Notes under the pieces: model-generated | The model's input: only the letters and a program-made list of their open reading frames with translations | What the model was told of the DNA's origin: nothing | Database searches by the model: none | Translations under genes and position numbers: made by a program | Origin: a virus | IMG/VR virus record: IMGVR_UViG_3300010354_000050 | Location: 1 to 64,000 of that record | DNA length: 64,000 nucleotides | Direction: 5' to 3' (one strand) | Shown: piece by piece, positions 28,970 through 39,640 of the stretch | How the letters are laid out: every line of letters starts with the position of its first letter | Position numbering within the stretch: the first letter of the stretch is position 1

Positions 28970-29348
28970 TTGACAAGTTGAACCAAGTTTGTTAGAATAG
29001 ATTCAGTTAACTAAGGAAAAGGAAAAACAAATGCTGAAATGGACAACTAATGATCCTATTAAGGATGCCCTTAATTTACCTAAAGGGAAGATGGCTATTT
29101 GGATAGGAGTTTGGGTTGAATACGATATTTGCCCTGAAGATGTAAAGGAAGCTGCTGAAGCTTTTCAAAAGAGCAATATCCCTATTGAAGTAAACACTCA
29201 AGCAGGGTTGATTGTAGGGGCTTATAACCAAAAACTTTGTTTTCAGGAAACAGCTCCTTTGATGCTAGTTTAACAAACAGAAAAAAAAAGAGTTGACAAG
29301 TTGAACCAAGTTTGTTAGAATAGATTCAGTTAACTAAGGAAAAGGAAA
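28970..29348 (+). repeat. 56-bp identical direct repeat (promoter + RBS cassette) at 28970-29025 and 29293-29348
   Basis: TTGACAAGTTGAACCAAGTTTGTTAGAATAGATTCAGTTAACTAAGGAAAAGGAAA occurs twice. Confidence 0.9.
29031..29273 (+). CDS. Hypothetical protein
   Basis: Lies between the two repeat copies. Confidence 0.7.
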   Translation: MLKWTTNDPIKDALNLPKGKMAIWIGVWVEYDICPEDVKEAAEAFQKSNIPIEVNTQAGLIVGAYNQKLCFQETAPLMLV

Positions 29349-29355
29349 GAGCAAC

Positions 29356-30180
29356 ATGAACTTTGCAACTCAAGATACCCTGAACTGGGATGTAGAACAG
29401 ACCCCCGTATACATTCAAGATAAGGACGGAAATTTCGTCCAAATTCAGGGGCAAAAAGCTCTTGTACGGGATGATAACCAGAACATCCTAGCAGTAATGT
29501 CTGACAATTATGAGGTTGTTGAAAATAAGTTCTTCAAACAACTCCTAAACCCTTTAGTCAGTGAAGGGTTGGTTACTGTTGAAAATATTGGATTCTTGCA
29601 AGGAGGTAAGAAGGTCTTCCTCCAAGCCCTAATGGCCCAAGAGTATCGTGTAGCAGGGCAAACCCACCGAGGTTTCCTTACCCTATTAAACTCTCACAAC
29701 GGCACTTCTCACCTTGCAGCAGGAGTGACTTCGGTACGGGTGATTTGCAGCAACACTTTTGCTATGGCATATAGCAATATGAGTACCAAGCTTCGACATA
29801 AGCTTGGAGTAAAGGAAGAAGCCCTTGGTATTTCTGAAACTCTAGAATATGTCAACATTCGTATGCAGGAGTACACAGAAGATGCTGAAATTCTTGCCCT
29901 GACTCCTGCATCTGATAAGCAAGTTCAAGAAATCTTCCTTTCCGCTTACGGCAAAGATAGCAGTGACAAAAAACCCCGCAACTGGGATAAGCTCTGGTCA
30001 CTGTATCAGCAAGGAGCAGGTAATGAAGGGAAAACCCTTTGGGATGCTGTTAACTCCATCACAGAGTTTAACAGTCATCATGCTCGTAAAACCTCCAAAG
30101 GAAATTTTGAATATGTTAACTTTGGAACTGGAGCAAACATTTCCCGCCGAGTTATGGCCCATGCACTAGAATTAGTCTAG
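29356..30180 (+). CDS. DUF932/DUF945 phage/plasmid-like protein
   Basis: LNWDV, Y.VV.N, L.GGKKVF, L.NSHNG, VRV.CSNT, RH, TLW.AVN.ITEF..H. Confidence 0.85.
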   Translation: MNFATQDTLNWDVEQTPVYIQDKDGNFVQIQGQKALVRDDNQNILAVMSDNYEVVENKFFKQLLNPLVSEGLVTVENIGFLQGGKKVFLQALMAQEYRVAGQTHRGFLTLLNSHNGTSHLAAGVTSVRVICSNTFAMAYSNMSTKLRHKLGVKEEALGISETLEYVNIRMQEYTEDAEILALTPASDKQVQEIFLSAYGKDSSDKKPRNWDKLWSLYQQGAGNEGKTLWDAVNSITEFNSHHARKTSKGNFEYVNFGTGANISRRVMAHALELV

Positions 30181-30294
30181 TCCATAGTTACTAACAGTAA
30201 AAGGATCTTCTAATGAAGATCCTTTTTTTTTGTAAAACTACTTGACCTTTAACAAAAAAATTGTTAAAATTGGCTCATAGTCTAGAGTAAAAAA

Positions 30295-30625
30295 ATGAAC
30301 CAATCCAAACTAAACTCCCTGTTAGAGTCTTTAAGACAATATACTTGTTTTAATTTAGGAAAGCCTTTGTCTGAGTGCAGTACTGGTTTATGGTACAAGT
30401 CAGAATATAAACCCGTTATAGAATCAGGCTATATGACTAGGACTTATGGGCCTCCTTCTCCAAGATGCTCAGGGTGGCTAAAGTTGACTGAAAAAAAAAG
30501 GAGTAGAAATTGTTCAGGATTGGTTAGACAAAGGTTATTCCTACAAAGATGTAGAAGATTCTATCAGACTTCATGAAATTTCAGTAGAAACTAAAAGAAA
30601 TAAAAGTAATGAAAATGAACTTTGA
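30295..30625 (+). pseudogene. Hypothetical protein frameshifted in an A9 run
   Basis: After LTEK, removing one A at 30491-30499 continues GVEIVQDWLDKGYSYKDVEDSIRL... to TGA 30623-30625. Confidence 0.55.
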
Positions 30626-30782
30626 CCTTGAACAAAGGGAGTTAAAGAATTTAGCTTTAGGTTTGTGTGTAGACATTTATGAAAACTGTAGTATTTCAGA
30701 GATACAAGGAGACAGTTTTCTCAAGGAAGGTTGGAAAATTGGGAAAATTCTTAAACTCTTGCTGGAACAAGAAAATTCTTGA
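30609..30782 (+). CDS. Small hypothetical protein (57 aa)
   Basis: MKMNFDLEQRELKNLALGLCVD... overlapping the upstream stop. Confidence 0.5.
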   Translation: MKMNFDLEQRELKNLALGLCVDIYENCSISEIQGDSFLKEGWKIGKILKLLLEQENS

Positions 30783-30833
30783 CTTTTCCTTTCAACTGTG
30801 CTAAACTAATTAAGTAGTCAAATCTTTACGAAC

Positions 30834-31178
30834 ATGATTAATTTTCCAGAAGAAAAGTTGAAACAGTTTGCAGTAGCTTCAGTACAAGAAGCTGTTTCAA
30901 AAGTTCCATTACCAGAAGGGTATGTCATCAATGAATTCTTTTCAGAAGTTTATGTAGCCTTGAAGGCTTGGTTAAGATTTAGCCTAAGCCATAATTTCCC
31001 TATGCCTACAGAAGAAATTGGCAAAGATCACAATATGATCCCGCTTCTAGTAGAAAGCCTAAATGTATCATCAAAAAACATTGAACAAATTGTTAAAGGC
31101 TCCCTATTGAGAGCAGAAGCACAAAGTTGGCTAACTTACCTTATTACAGACCTACAGAGCAGACTACATAATGATTGA
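30834..31178 (+). CDS. Hypothetical protein
   Basis: Promoter plus ORF. Confidence 0.65.
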   Translation: MINFPEEKLKQFAVASVQEAVSKVPLPEGYVINEFFSEVYVALKAWLRFSLSHNFPMPTEEIGKDHNMIPLLVESLNVSSKNIEQIVKGSLLRAEAQSWLTYLITDLQSRLHND

Positions 31179-31509
31179 GCAAATAAACCAAGCCATAGAA
31201 ACTAGGAAATCCGATGGTTGTGTAAAAACTGAATTTTTTCAGTTTGAGGGGGATGGTAAACAAGTAAAGCAGCTAAAATTACTATTCCCTATTTACAAAG
31301 ATGGTAGATTCTTTTATTTTTCTGCTGTAGTAACGGGGGAAATTTTCAAGGGAGAAATAAGTTTTACAAAAAACCTTCTACACTTCAAAACAGAAGAATA
31401 TACAGAAGGTAAGGCTGTAAACCCTAACTATGTCAATAGGGTTGACTTTCTCCCCCTGCTAAATGAAGTTAAGTTCAGTCCAGAAGAAATAAAGAGGTCT
31501 AAAATGTAA
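31171..31509 (+). CDS. Hypothetical protein
   Basis: Coupled to the upstream ORF. Confidence 0.65.
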   Translation: MIEQINQAIETRKSDGCVKTEFFQFEGDGKQVKQLKLLFPIYKDGRFFYFSAVVTGEIFKGEISFTKNLLHFKTEEYTEGKAVNPNYVNRVDFLPLLNEVKFSPEEIKRSKM

Positions 31510-32983
31510 GCAAAGGTAAGCTTTGGGGTAGTTCTGTATTGGCAGAAGTAGGAGTTACTACCAGTGACTCAGAAGCTTCTGCCTCATTTCCTTCTTCTTC
31601 TGGATTAATATTCCAGTACAAATTATTCCAAGCATCTAGATTAGTAAGACCTATGGCAACTTTTCTTACATCCTCCAGGGTCTTTTCATCCATTAGATTA
31701 ATATCTCCAATATAAGGTCTAAACCCATTCATACTAATAACAATAGTCCCCGTAGCATCTTGGGAATAGCTAACATTATCAACTATCCAATCCTCAATAA
31801 AAATCTTCTCACCCTCTTCTGTAGGACTTTTTAATGAGGGAATAGCTAAAATGTCTCTGGGTTTGATCCCTACCATATAAGGAGTCATGTAACATTCTAC
31901 ACTACATTCAGTAGTAACCCTTCTCGTCCTTTCCACAATAGCTTTGCGTTGGTCAGGGCTAAAAGTTGGCAAGCCTGGGTAAGTATAACCATTGTTTACA
32001 GGAATTTGGCTAAAGAAAGGATCATACTGATTGCCTGTTGTAGCTTGGCCTGGATTAGACGGCCCTGTTGTCCCTCCTGTAGTATTTCTAGAGTTAGAGC
32101 TATTGGCTTGTACAGGTTCATTAGGTTGTACTACCCTTTGGTTGTCTTGTTCGCTAGGAGTATTGGTTCTTGAAGAAGAAGATTCACCCCTAAACAAGGA
32201 AGTTTGAACGAGGTTTAAGGTCTGGGTTCTATTAAAAGTGGAAAAAGAACCTGGCCCCAAGATAAAGACTCTTCTTTGCCCTACTACTGCCCTAGCTTGC
32301 CTTAGGTTTAACTCTAATTGTTCATTTTCTTCTTCAGTTTGTAGAGTAAAAGGGTAATGCAACAATATTGAACCATCTATGACTGCATCACTAATAGAAA
32401 CCAACCCTCCATTTGCATTTACTACATCATTAAGGATAGTGTGGGGAGTACGAGAAAAATCATTTCTTTTAATTTTCATTCCTTTAGCATCTTCAGCAAA
32501 TTTCCCCTTAAATTCAAACTTAATATCCCTACAACCTTCTCCACATTTTGATTTAAGAAAATCAGGAAATTTGTCTAAAGTAACTTCACTTCCCATAGTA
32601 TAGGAAATTCTGTTATCTGTCCATGGGCCTTTTGGCAAACCTACAGCAACAACTTTAACAGAAGGCTCATCGCCTGTTGACAACCTTAGACCCACAAATT
32701 GATAAAAAGTTTCAAAAAAAGTTCCTAATTCATACCCTACCCTGACTTTAATAGCTTTATCTGCAAATTCTGTTTTCAGCTTAACAATAGCATCAACAGC
32801 ATAGGAATGGGGAGCAACTTCAAATTCTAGTTTTCCAGCCGCATGATCCATACCTAGTTCTATCCTGGGGTTAGCGGCAATAGGTTGAATTGGAAAACCT
32901 TCAGTTTCAAAAGCAGTAAGGTTGACATCATGCCATTGAATTTGAATGAAAGGTTGAATTAAGCGGCCTACAGAAAAAGACAT
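31499..32983 (-). CDS. Putative baseplate hub / GpD-like tail protein
   Basis: Follows the tape measure gene; I.VRVGY N-terminal region and G.KP.D...W.VD.VSY C-terminal pattern. Confidence 0.55.
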   Translation of the reverse strand: MSFSVGRLIQPFIQIQWHDVNLTAFETEGFPIQPIAANPRIELGMDHAAGKLEFEVAPHSYAVDAIVKLKTEFADKAIKVRVGYELGTFFETFYQFVGLRLSTGDEPSVKVVAVGLPKGPWTDNRISYTMGSEVTLDKFPDFLKSKCGEGCRDIKFEFKGKFAEDAKGMKIKRNDFSRTPHTILNDVVNANGGLVSISDAVIDGSILLHYPFTLQTEEENEQLELNLRQARAVVGQRRVFILGPGSFSTFNRTQTLNLVQTSLFRGESSSSRTNTPSEQDNQRVVQPNEPVQANSSNSRNTTGGTTGPSNPGQATTGNQYDPFFSQIPVNNGYTYPGLPTFSPDQRKAIVERTRRVTTECSVECYMTPYMVGIKPRDILAIPSLKSPTEEGEKIFIEDWIVDNVSYSQDATGTIVISMNGFRPYIGDINLMDEKTLEDVRKVAIGLTNLDAWNNLYWNINPEEEGNEAEASESLVVTPTSANTELPQSLPLLTF

Positions 32984-33073
32984 TTTGGCTATTGGTTAGT
33001 TATTTACAGTTTGTTACTTGATTTTACCTTACCACTATGGTGCAATGACTGAAGAGTTATAGAAAAGGTCAAC

Positions 33074-33286
33074 ATGATTCCGAAGGTACACCCTCAGTAC
33101 GAATTTCCTAAAAGTGTAGATCTTGTAAGATTTGTAGACTTTGAAACTTCCCAACTATTTGAAGGTTATGTCTATAGATATTCTAAGGATGAACTTGAAT
33201 ATTGTTCAAGGCTACTAGAAAGATCAGAAATTTTTAATCTGATTCACGAAACCATGCAGAGAGATTGGCAAGACACAAAGGAATAG
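33074..33286 (+). CDS. Small hypothetical protein antisense to the tail module
   Basis: AAGG RBS, 70 aa ORF in the gap between tail genes. Confidence 0.55.
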   Translation: MIPKVHPQYEFPKSVDLVRFVDFETSQLFEGYVYRYSKDELEYCSRLLERSEIFNLIHETMQRDWQDTKE

Positions 33287-33353
33287 AATGGGTTTTCTAC
33301 TCCTTTTTCTGCTTAAGCTAAAGATTTAATCCTAAGTGATTTTTCACAAAACT

Positions 33354-36300
33354 TTAACCATAAACACCAGAATAATTAGCTGATTCAATAGCATTCATGA
33401 TGTGTGAAGCAATTTCTTCTGCTAGTTCCTTTCCTGACTTATTAGCACCGTTGACATTAATAGTGATCCCGGATACTGTTACAGAACCAGAACCTTGCAT
33501 ACCTGCTCTTACTGATGAACTTACCAAATTAGCAGCTTGGTTAGGCTTCATCATAATTTCACTAGAATTCCCTACTACTAGATCAGAACCATAGGGCATA
33601 TTAGCAAGTTCTCCACCAATAGCCCCCATAACTTCAGGCATTTCCATTCCTGCATAATTAGCCCTAATTACTCCTGCAAAAGGCGTAGGGTTAACAGCAC
33701 CTCTTCCGCCTGGATGAGCTTCAAAGTGCAAGTGTGGCCCTGTTGATCTGCCTGTATTACCTGATAATCCAAAAGGTACACTAGGGACTACTGAAGCGCC
33801 AGGTGGAAGTAAATATCTACTCAGGTGGGCAAAACGGTACATTACTCCGTCTGCCCCCATAACGTCCATAGTCATACCATAACCCTCCATCCATTCAGCC
33901 CTTAGGACTTGACCCGGAATGCCTAAGGCTAATTTAGTACCTATTGGCATACCATAGTCATTTCCTCGGTGAATTCTACCATCTCTCCACCCATAGGGAG
34001 AAGTCATTGGAAAGTTACCAATCCCTCCCCCAATCGGCCCCATAGCTTCTCCACCAAAACTAAAATTTGATGTAACTGTAGGAGTATTAACAACTTCTAC
34101 TCTTACTGCATTTACAACTTCTGTTCTAATTCCAGATTGAAGAATAGACCCAACAGCACTTGTCAAAGATGCAATGGCATTTAGTCTATTAGCATTGTCA
34201 GTTTTTAACTGAGAAACTTCATTCTTTACTTCATTATTTTTCTGCAAAATATTGTTCAAATATTGCAAAGCATTAGAATTTGTTGATGCAATGTGATTCA
34301 AAGGTGCAGTTAATACTGAAATATCCCCATTGCCATTAGCAGCAGCTTTAGTAGGGATGATAAGTTCAGAACTATTGGCAATTACAAGGTTTGAACCAGG
34401 TGGCTTATTTGCAAGTTCAGATTCAATAGCCTTAGGGAGAGGCATAAAGTTGTCTGTACCAAAAGATCCCTTATATTGGGGCACTGCTTCTTGGGACTCC
34501 ATAAGCTTAACAATATTTTCTCTATCTGTACGTAAGAACCTTAGCCTAGCCTGGTCTTCAGGATTAAGACGATTCCTTCTACTTGACAGACTACCAATTT
34601 CATTATCTACCCTTTGAAGATCATTTTCAAGTGAACCTGTTTTATGTAGCCCAAACCTACTAGCTAATGGGCCTAAGGCATCAATAATACCGTTTTTTAT
34701 TGCATTCCCAAATTTTGAAAAAGCTTCTGAAATATAAGTCAAAACATTGTTAGAAAACTCTTGGATTGAATTCCAAACTTCTATTTGTTTTTCTCTGCTA
34801 GTAAAAAATTCTTTTAAGAAATTAATTGCTGAACCAATAGCATGGCCAATGCCCATTATTAGTTCTACAATAACCCTTACAAGAAAACCTATGAGCCAGC
34901 CAACACTGTACAATATTCCTTGGATTATTAAACTTAATAAGTCAAAAATTGCCTTAGTAATTGTGCCTATGTTCTGACCTGCAAAGGCTCCAATAGCATA
35001 ACCAATTATGGTTCCAAGAATAGCTCCTAGGGCTACTCCTAAGGGATTAAGTGATGCAGAACCAACAGCCGCTCCTGCCTTCATACCTATAATAGAACCA
35101 GCAGCCCCTCCAGCAGAAGCACCAGCCGCTTGCCCCACAGGTTGCCCTTCCTTCAGGCGATTTCCAAAGTCAGAAATGGCAAATAAACCTGCTAAAATGG
35201 CACCTGGTTTTAGCAATTTGTCTACTTTGGTCTTTGCAGCACTCGTCTTCAATAGATCGTCCATAGTTTTCTTGATTTCATCAGCAATTTCTGTTGCTGC
35301 ATCTCGTGTCTGTTGTGCAGTTGCTTTAGGATTTTGTGCCATCCAGTTTGCCATTCTTCTATTACCTACATTAGTTGCTGCTTGTTTTGGATCTGTAGCC
35401 GGATTAGCAAGTTCATCAGACAACTCCCTAAACAAAGAATCAGGAGCTAACTTAGAAAAGAAAGTCCCTAACCCAAACATTCCTAGTATTTTAGCTCCTA
35501 GACCACTAAACAGTTGCGGTATAACACCAATAAGCATTACAGAAAGGCCAGATAAAATAGCTGGCAGAAGTATGGTAAAGAAACCAAACATTGCACTTTC
35601 TACAGGAAAAGTTTTAACAACTTCCATGAAACCCCAAGAAAGAAACTTAATGAAAGCCTTAATCAAATCAACTATAGCCTGTTTTCCACCTTGCTCCACA
35701 AAACCTGTAACAAAGCCTTCAGCTAACGCACTTTTGGTTGTTTCTGAAACAAAGGCATTAAATATGTTGAAGAGTTCTACAAAGAATATAGCTAATAGTT
35801 CACTAAACAATTTGCCATGTTGCCTAGCTAAGTCAGAACTTAAGTAAGTAGAAATTTGCTCCCTTAGTTTAGTACCTAGTTGATCAGGAGTTACAGAAAA
35901 GTCTTCTAACATACTCCCTGTGTCTAAAAACTCTTCATAGGAAATAACCCCTCCCATTGCCAGAGCATTGTTGATAGTTGACATAGTAGCCCTCAATGAA
36001 AGGGTTTTCATTAAATTTTCTTTTAAGTTCTCATCAGTTATCTTTTCTAACTCCTCTACAAACCAGTTATTATAGGTTTCAAAAGTTCTTTGGAGGGACA
36101 TGGTTGATTCTCTCAACTGCATAAGCCTAGTGCCAAGTAGTTGAAAAGGATCAAACAACATAGCCATTGAATCAGTAATTGGAAATAATACTTGACTAAT
36201 ATTGAAGAAAATATCTCTAACGTATTCAAAGACAGATAGGTTTTCTAAAGCTGCATCAGCAACATCTTCAACAGCTTTGCCAGAATCATCAATAGCCCTA

Positions 36301-37661
36301 CCAAAGGCATCATAGGCTACTGCTTGGATGCTTAAAGCCCTTCCTAGCCCTAAAAGACCTACTTCAGGATCAAATAAAGAAGTATTGAGTCTTTCTAAAA
36401 TACCTGAAAAAGTACGCATATACCTTCTTACAAGTTCAGGAGTAATGACCTCTTCAAAGGCATTCATGATAGCTTCAAGCCTTGCTGCTGTATTTGCCGA
36501 CTCTTTATTGATTTTTTCAACATTTCTTTGTAGAGTCCCCCTGATCATAGGTTCTCTAAAAATAGCAGCATACCTTTCAAACATCCCTAAAGAAACTTGT
36601 TCTTCAGAAATCATCCTTTCTGCTAGAATAGGAAGGCCATATGGCCCTTGTTTAGCCCCTAGCCCCGCCAAAGTAGTTAATTTAGTAAATTCACCAATGA
36701 TCTCTGTTGCAGCATCCGGCAATAGTTTGTCTTTAGGTTGATTTTCGTCAAAACTTCTTTTATTTTCTTCAGCTAATCTTTTAGCTAATTCAACTGAATT
36801 TTTTTCATCTTTAGCAATAGTCATGTAGATCCCGTCGGCAATTTGCTTGGAGATCTGCACATACTCATTAGTAGAACCTGGTAGGCTTCCTGCAAGTTGA
36901 GCCAGGTAACGGTTAGTTTCCTTAGTTTGTAATTCTGCTGCCCGGAAAGACTTGAAAATAGGGTTACTTGAAGTATTTGAAATAGAAAAAAGACCTCCAG
37001 CAGTTTTCACATCAGACATTTCATCTTCAATTCTTTCCTTAAAGCCTGAAACAAAATAGTTCAAAGGCGTAGAAATCAGACCCATGAACATTTGAAAAGC
37101 TGCCATGAGGGCATTAGTAACTGCTTGAGTTATACTTTGTTGAAGGGCAAAACCAAAAGCCTCAGCAGGACTAAAATAGCCCCCAATACCAGCATTCCAG
37201 TCGATCCCACCTCCACCACCTCCACCACCTCTACCTCTATTGCTTCTCCCACCCCCTGAAAAATTAAAACCAGGTGGCGACATACCTGTACTGCCTGGAG
37301 GGGGATTTCTATTACTCCCTCCCCCACCTCCCCCTGTTGGATTACCAAAGGGATTCCACCCTTGTCTTCTGCCCCCACTTGAACCCATATTGGGAACATT
37401 ATTAGCACTGTTCATTGAACTAGCAAACTGCCCTGCCCTACTAGCCGCATTGCTAAGTATTCTATTAAGACCCTTAAAATTAGAGGTTAAATTCCTAACC
37501 CCTTGAGCAATATTCCTGACAGAATCATTAATATTGTCAAACCTGCCCCCTATCCCTGAAGCTATGTTATTTAACCTTTGAAAACTAGCCCTTATACGGT
37601 TAATTGGAGCGCTAACTCTTTCTGTTATTCTAGCGACAATATCTATAATTTGCTGTGTCAT
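33354..37661 (-). CDS. Tape measure protein with C-terminal M23 peptidase
   Basis: 1435 aa, helical with G/A-rich TM segments; HRGNDY...AHLS...GRSTGPHLHFE; ITINVNG tail. Confidence 0.85.
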   Translation of the reverse strand: MTQQIIDIVARITERVSAPINRIRASFQRLNNIASGIGGRFDNINDSVRNIAQGVRNLTSNFKGLNRILSNAASRAGQFASSMNSANNVPNMGSSGGRRQGWNPFGNPTGGGGGGSNRNPPPGSTGMSPPGFNFSGGGRSNRGRGGGGGGGGIDWNAGIGGYFSPAEAFGFALQQSITQAVTNALMAAFQMFMGLISTPLNYFVSGFKERIEDEMSDVKTAGGLFSISNTSSNPIFKSFRAAELQTKETNRYLAQLAGSLPGSTNEYVQISKQIADGIYMTIAKDEKNSVELAKRLAEENKRSFDENQPKDKLLPDAATEIIGEFTKLTTLAGLGAKQGPYGLPILAERMISEEQVSLGMFERYAAIFREPMIRGTLQRNVEKINKESANTAARLEAIMNAFEEVITPELVRRYMRTFSGILERLNTSLFDPEVGLLGLGRALSIQAVAYDAFGRAIDDSGKAVEDVADAALENLSVFEYVRDIFFNISQVLFPITDSMAMLFDPFQLLGTRLMQLRESTMSLQRTFETYNNWFVEELEKITDENLKENLMKTLSLRATMSTINNALAMGGVISYEEFLDTGSMLEDFSVTPDQLGTKLREQISTYLSSDLARQHGKLFSELLAIFFVELFNIFNAFVSETTKSALAEGFVTGFVEQGGKQAIVDLIKAFIKFLSWGFMEVVKTFPVESAMFGFFTILLPAILSGLSVMLIGVIPQLFSGLGAKILGMFGLGTFFSKLAPDSLFRELSDELANPATDPKQAATNVGNRRMANWMAQNPKATAQQTRDAATEIADEIKKTMDDLLKTSAAKTKVDKLLKPGAILAGLFAISDFGNRLKEGQPVGQAAGASAGGAAGSIIGMKAGAAVGSASLNPLGVALGAILGTIIGYAIGAFAGQNIGTITKAIFDLLSLIIQGILYSVGWLIGFLVRVIVELIMGIGHAIGSAINFLKEFFTSREKQIEVWNSIQEFSNNVLTYISEAFSKFGNAIKNGIIDALGPLASRFGLHKTGSLENDLQRVDNEIGSLSSRRNRLNPEDQARLRFLRTDRENIVKLMESQEAVPQYKGSFGTDNFMPLPKAIESELANKPPGSNLVIANSSELIIPTKAAANGNGDISVLTAPLNHIASTNSNALQYLNNILQKNNEVKNEVSQLKTDNANRLNAIASLTSAVGSILQSGIRTEVVNAVRVEVVNTPTVTSNFSFGGEAMGPIGGGIGNFPMTSPYGWRDGRIHRGNDYGMPIGTKLALGIPGQVLRAEWMEGYGMTMDVMGADGVMYRFAHLSRYLLPPGASVVPSVPFGLSGNTGRSTGPHLHFEAHPGGRGAVNPTPFAGVIRANYAGMEMPEVMGAIGGELANMPYGSDLVVGNSSEIMMKPNQAANLVSSSVRAGMQGSGSVTVSGITINVNGANKSGKELAEEIASHIMNAIESANYSGVYG

Positions 37662-37724
37662 TTTTTTAACTATTTAAGGAATACAAGAATTAATTTTACT
37701 AAATTATCTACGTTAATTTGTTTG

Positions 37725-39533
37725 TTATTGGTTGGGTTGAGGAAGGGGAGATGGGGTTACAACATCCCCTCCAACTACTAGATCCGTTGGCCTTGCACTA
37801 CCAAGGGGAGTAGTAGATTGCTGTGAAACATTTGAACCTGTACCTGCACCTTCTCCATTTCTATTCCCATTTCTATTCCCATTTCCGTTTCTATTTTCCC
37901 TACTACTGCTTGGGTTTGTACTTCTTGGAGTTTGTTCTGATTCTTTAGGAATAAGAGCTTGTTCAGCAGTTGCGGATAGTGTACCAGACATTGCTTTAGA
38001 AGCTAAATCCCTGCCTGTGTTAACCTGAAATTCTGGAACTTGTTGTAATTCGACATCTACAGTAGCCCTAGTAGCAAAACCTCTTGTGTCCCTCATAACT
38101 TCCTTTACATTAACGCTAGTAATGATAAAAGTCCCATAGTTTTTTCCACCTGCAAACAACTTCCAACAATAAGGAGCAACATACCCTACTGTTTTGTTCA
38201 TTACCATGTTCATGCAAGTTTCTAATGCTAAAATGTTAGCTTCTACGGTCTTCCTATCTGAAAAACCTTCTAGCATGACTTCCCCTAACGTTAATGTCCT
38301 TAAACCAGTATTCCCATATACAACGTAGGGAGTATTGGAACCAAAGGTATTTACTGTAGATGCTTTACCTGCTTTTTTCCAGCTTACATCTTTAGGTGAA
38401 GTTATAAAATACCAAGATTTGGGAATTAGTTCATCTGTATTATTTGTTTGAATTTCAATAGCATTTTCTGAAAAAGCTTGCCCAAAAGTAGCAGAACCAG
38501 ATGTGTCAAAGCCAATAGATCTTTCTGAAATTGTTCTAGCCAACTCCCTGTCAGAATTAACTCCTGGAAAAACTTCAGAAATGCTAGTTGACAAAGAACT
38601 GTTTGCCCCATTTCCAAAGACAAAATCTTCTACACCTACTTGTGCTGATTCTGTTTGTTCTCTTAAGAAAAAAGATTTTTCACCCAAGTTATAAAAATAA
38701 GAGTAAGAATTAGCTGCCGAAAGCCCCAAAGTTCCTAAATTACGTACTGCATCTGGCCCTTCTCCCCTAGTAGTATTAATATCAAGGGAATAAGTAGGAA
38801 AAACTTCAATGGTGTTTTGAGCAGTCTGGTCTACAATTTCATTTTCTACTTCATCAAACTGCCCTAAGTACCTTTCTATTTGCAAACCTGTCAAATAACC
38901 CACTAAAGGAGAAAACCCCCCTAAGCCCACATTTTGCAAAGTCCTGTTTGTAAATCCTGTAACAGCATCCAAAGCAGCAGCTAGGGCAAGTTGACCTAGG
39001 GGAGTAGGGATACTGGTTCCTAAGAAATTGCCACCTCCTGTTTGAGCATCAACTGGAATTTCTACAGGCAATTCACTAATTAATTCAGAAGGGTTAGAAA
39101 GTTTTTCAATGGCTTCAGCAGCTTGGGGTACTGTCTGATCAGCCCTTAGCAAAAAGAAAACAATATCTTGACTTTCGGAATAGGGTTGATCTCCTGCTGC
39201 TTTGGAACCTGAATATTCCGTATGAAGGGGTTTAGGCTTACTACCATAAATAGGTGTTACAGGAATAGAAGGGGGTTCATAGGGTTCAGGGAGTGGGCCT
39301 AGGACAACAGAACCTAGGGCATTTTGCAAAACCCCACCTAGGAAATTGTTACCTATAGTAGGGATTAGGCCACTTACACCCAGACTTATTGCTGTAGCAG
39401 AAAAGTCATCTTTGGCAATTTGCTGTAAGGAATTGCCAATTTGTTGAGAAGCCACTGTAGATAGTCTATTGGCACTGGTTGATATAATCTGTTGAAATTG
39501 CCTATTAGGTAGGCCAGAAAGAAAATTTGGCAT
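37725..39533 (-). CDS. Tail tube initiator / GpU-like protein with long N-terminal extension
   Basis: P.DVSW.K...G...P.V.YG.TGLRTL.L...YG.F.IT.V.VKE......G.ATRA.VDVELQ. Confidence 0.6.
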   Translation of the reverse strand: MPNFLSGLPNRQFQQIISTSANRLSTVASQQIGNSLQQIAKDDFSATAISLGVSGLIPTIGNNFLGGVLQNALGSVVLGPLPEPYEPPSIPVTPIYGSKPKPLHTEYSGSKAAGDQPYSESQDIVFFLLRADQTVPQAAEAIEKLSNPSELISELPVEIPVDAQTGGGNFLGTSIPTPLGQLALAAALDAVTGFTNRTLQNVGLGGFSPLVGYLTGLQIERYLGQFDEVENEIVDQTAQNTIEVFPTYSLDINTTRGEGPDAVRNLGTLGLSAANSYSYFYNLGEKSFFLREQTESAQVGVEDFVFGNGANSSLSTSISEVFPGVNSDRELARTISERSIGFDTSGSATFGQAFSENAIEIQTNNTDELIPKSWYFITSPKDVSWKKAGKASTVNTFGSNTPYVVYGNTGLRTLTLGEVMLEGFSDRKTVEANILALETCMNMVMNKTVGYVAPYCWKLFAGGKNYGTFIITSVNVKEVMRDTRGFATRATVDVELQQVPEFQVNTGRDLASKAMSGTLSATAEQALIPKESEQTPRSTNPSSSRENRNGNGNRNGNRNGEGAGTGSNVSQQSTTPLGSARPTDLVVGGDVVTPSPLPQPNQ

Positions 39534-39640
39534 TTTATGACAGAAAAAAAAAGAACTTTAGTATCACTTCTAAAGTTCTTTTTACCTCTTGGTTATTTAT
39601 TATTTGTTGTTAAGTATAAACTTAACGCTGAAAGTGTTAT

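Noticed and set aside
35008-37506. Long + strand ORFs (279, 137 and 88 aa) inside the tape measure gene
   Set aside because: Antisense shadows of a well-supported minus-strand gene, with no RBS or recognisable motifs
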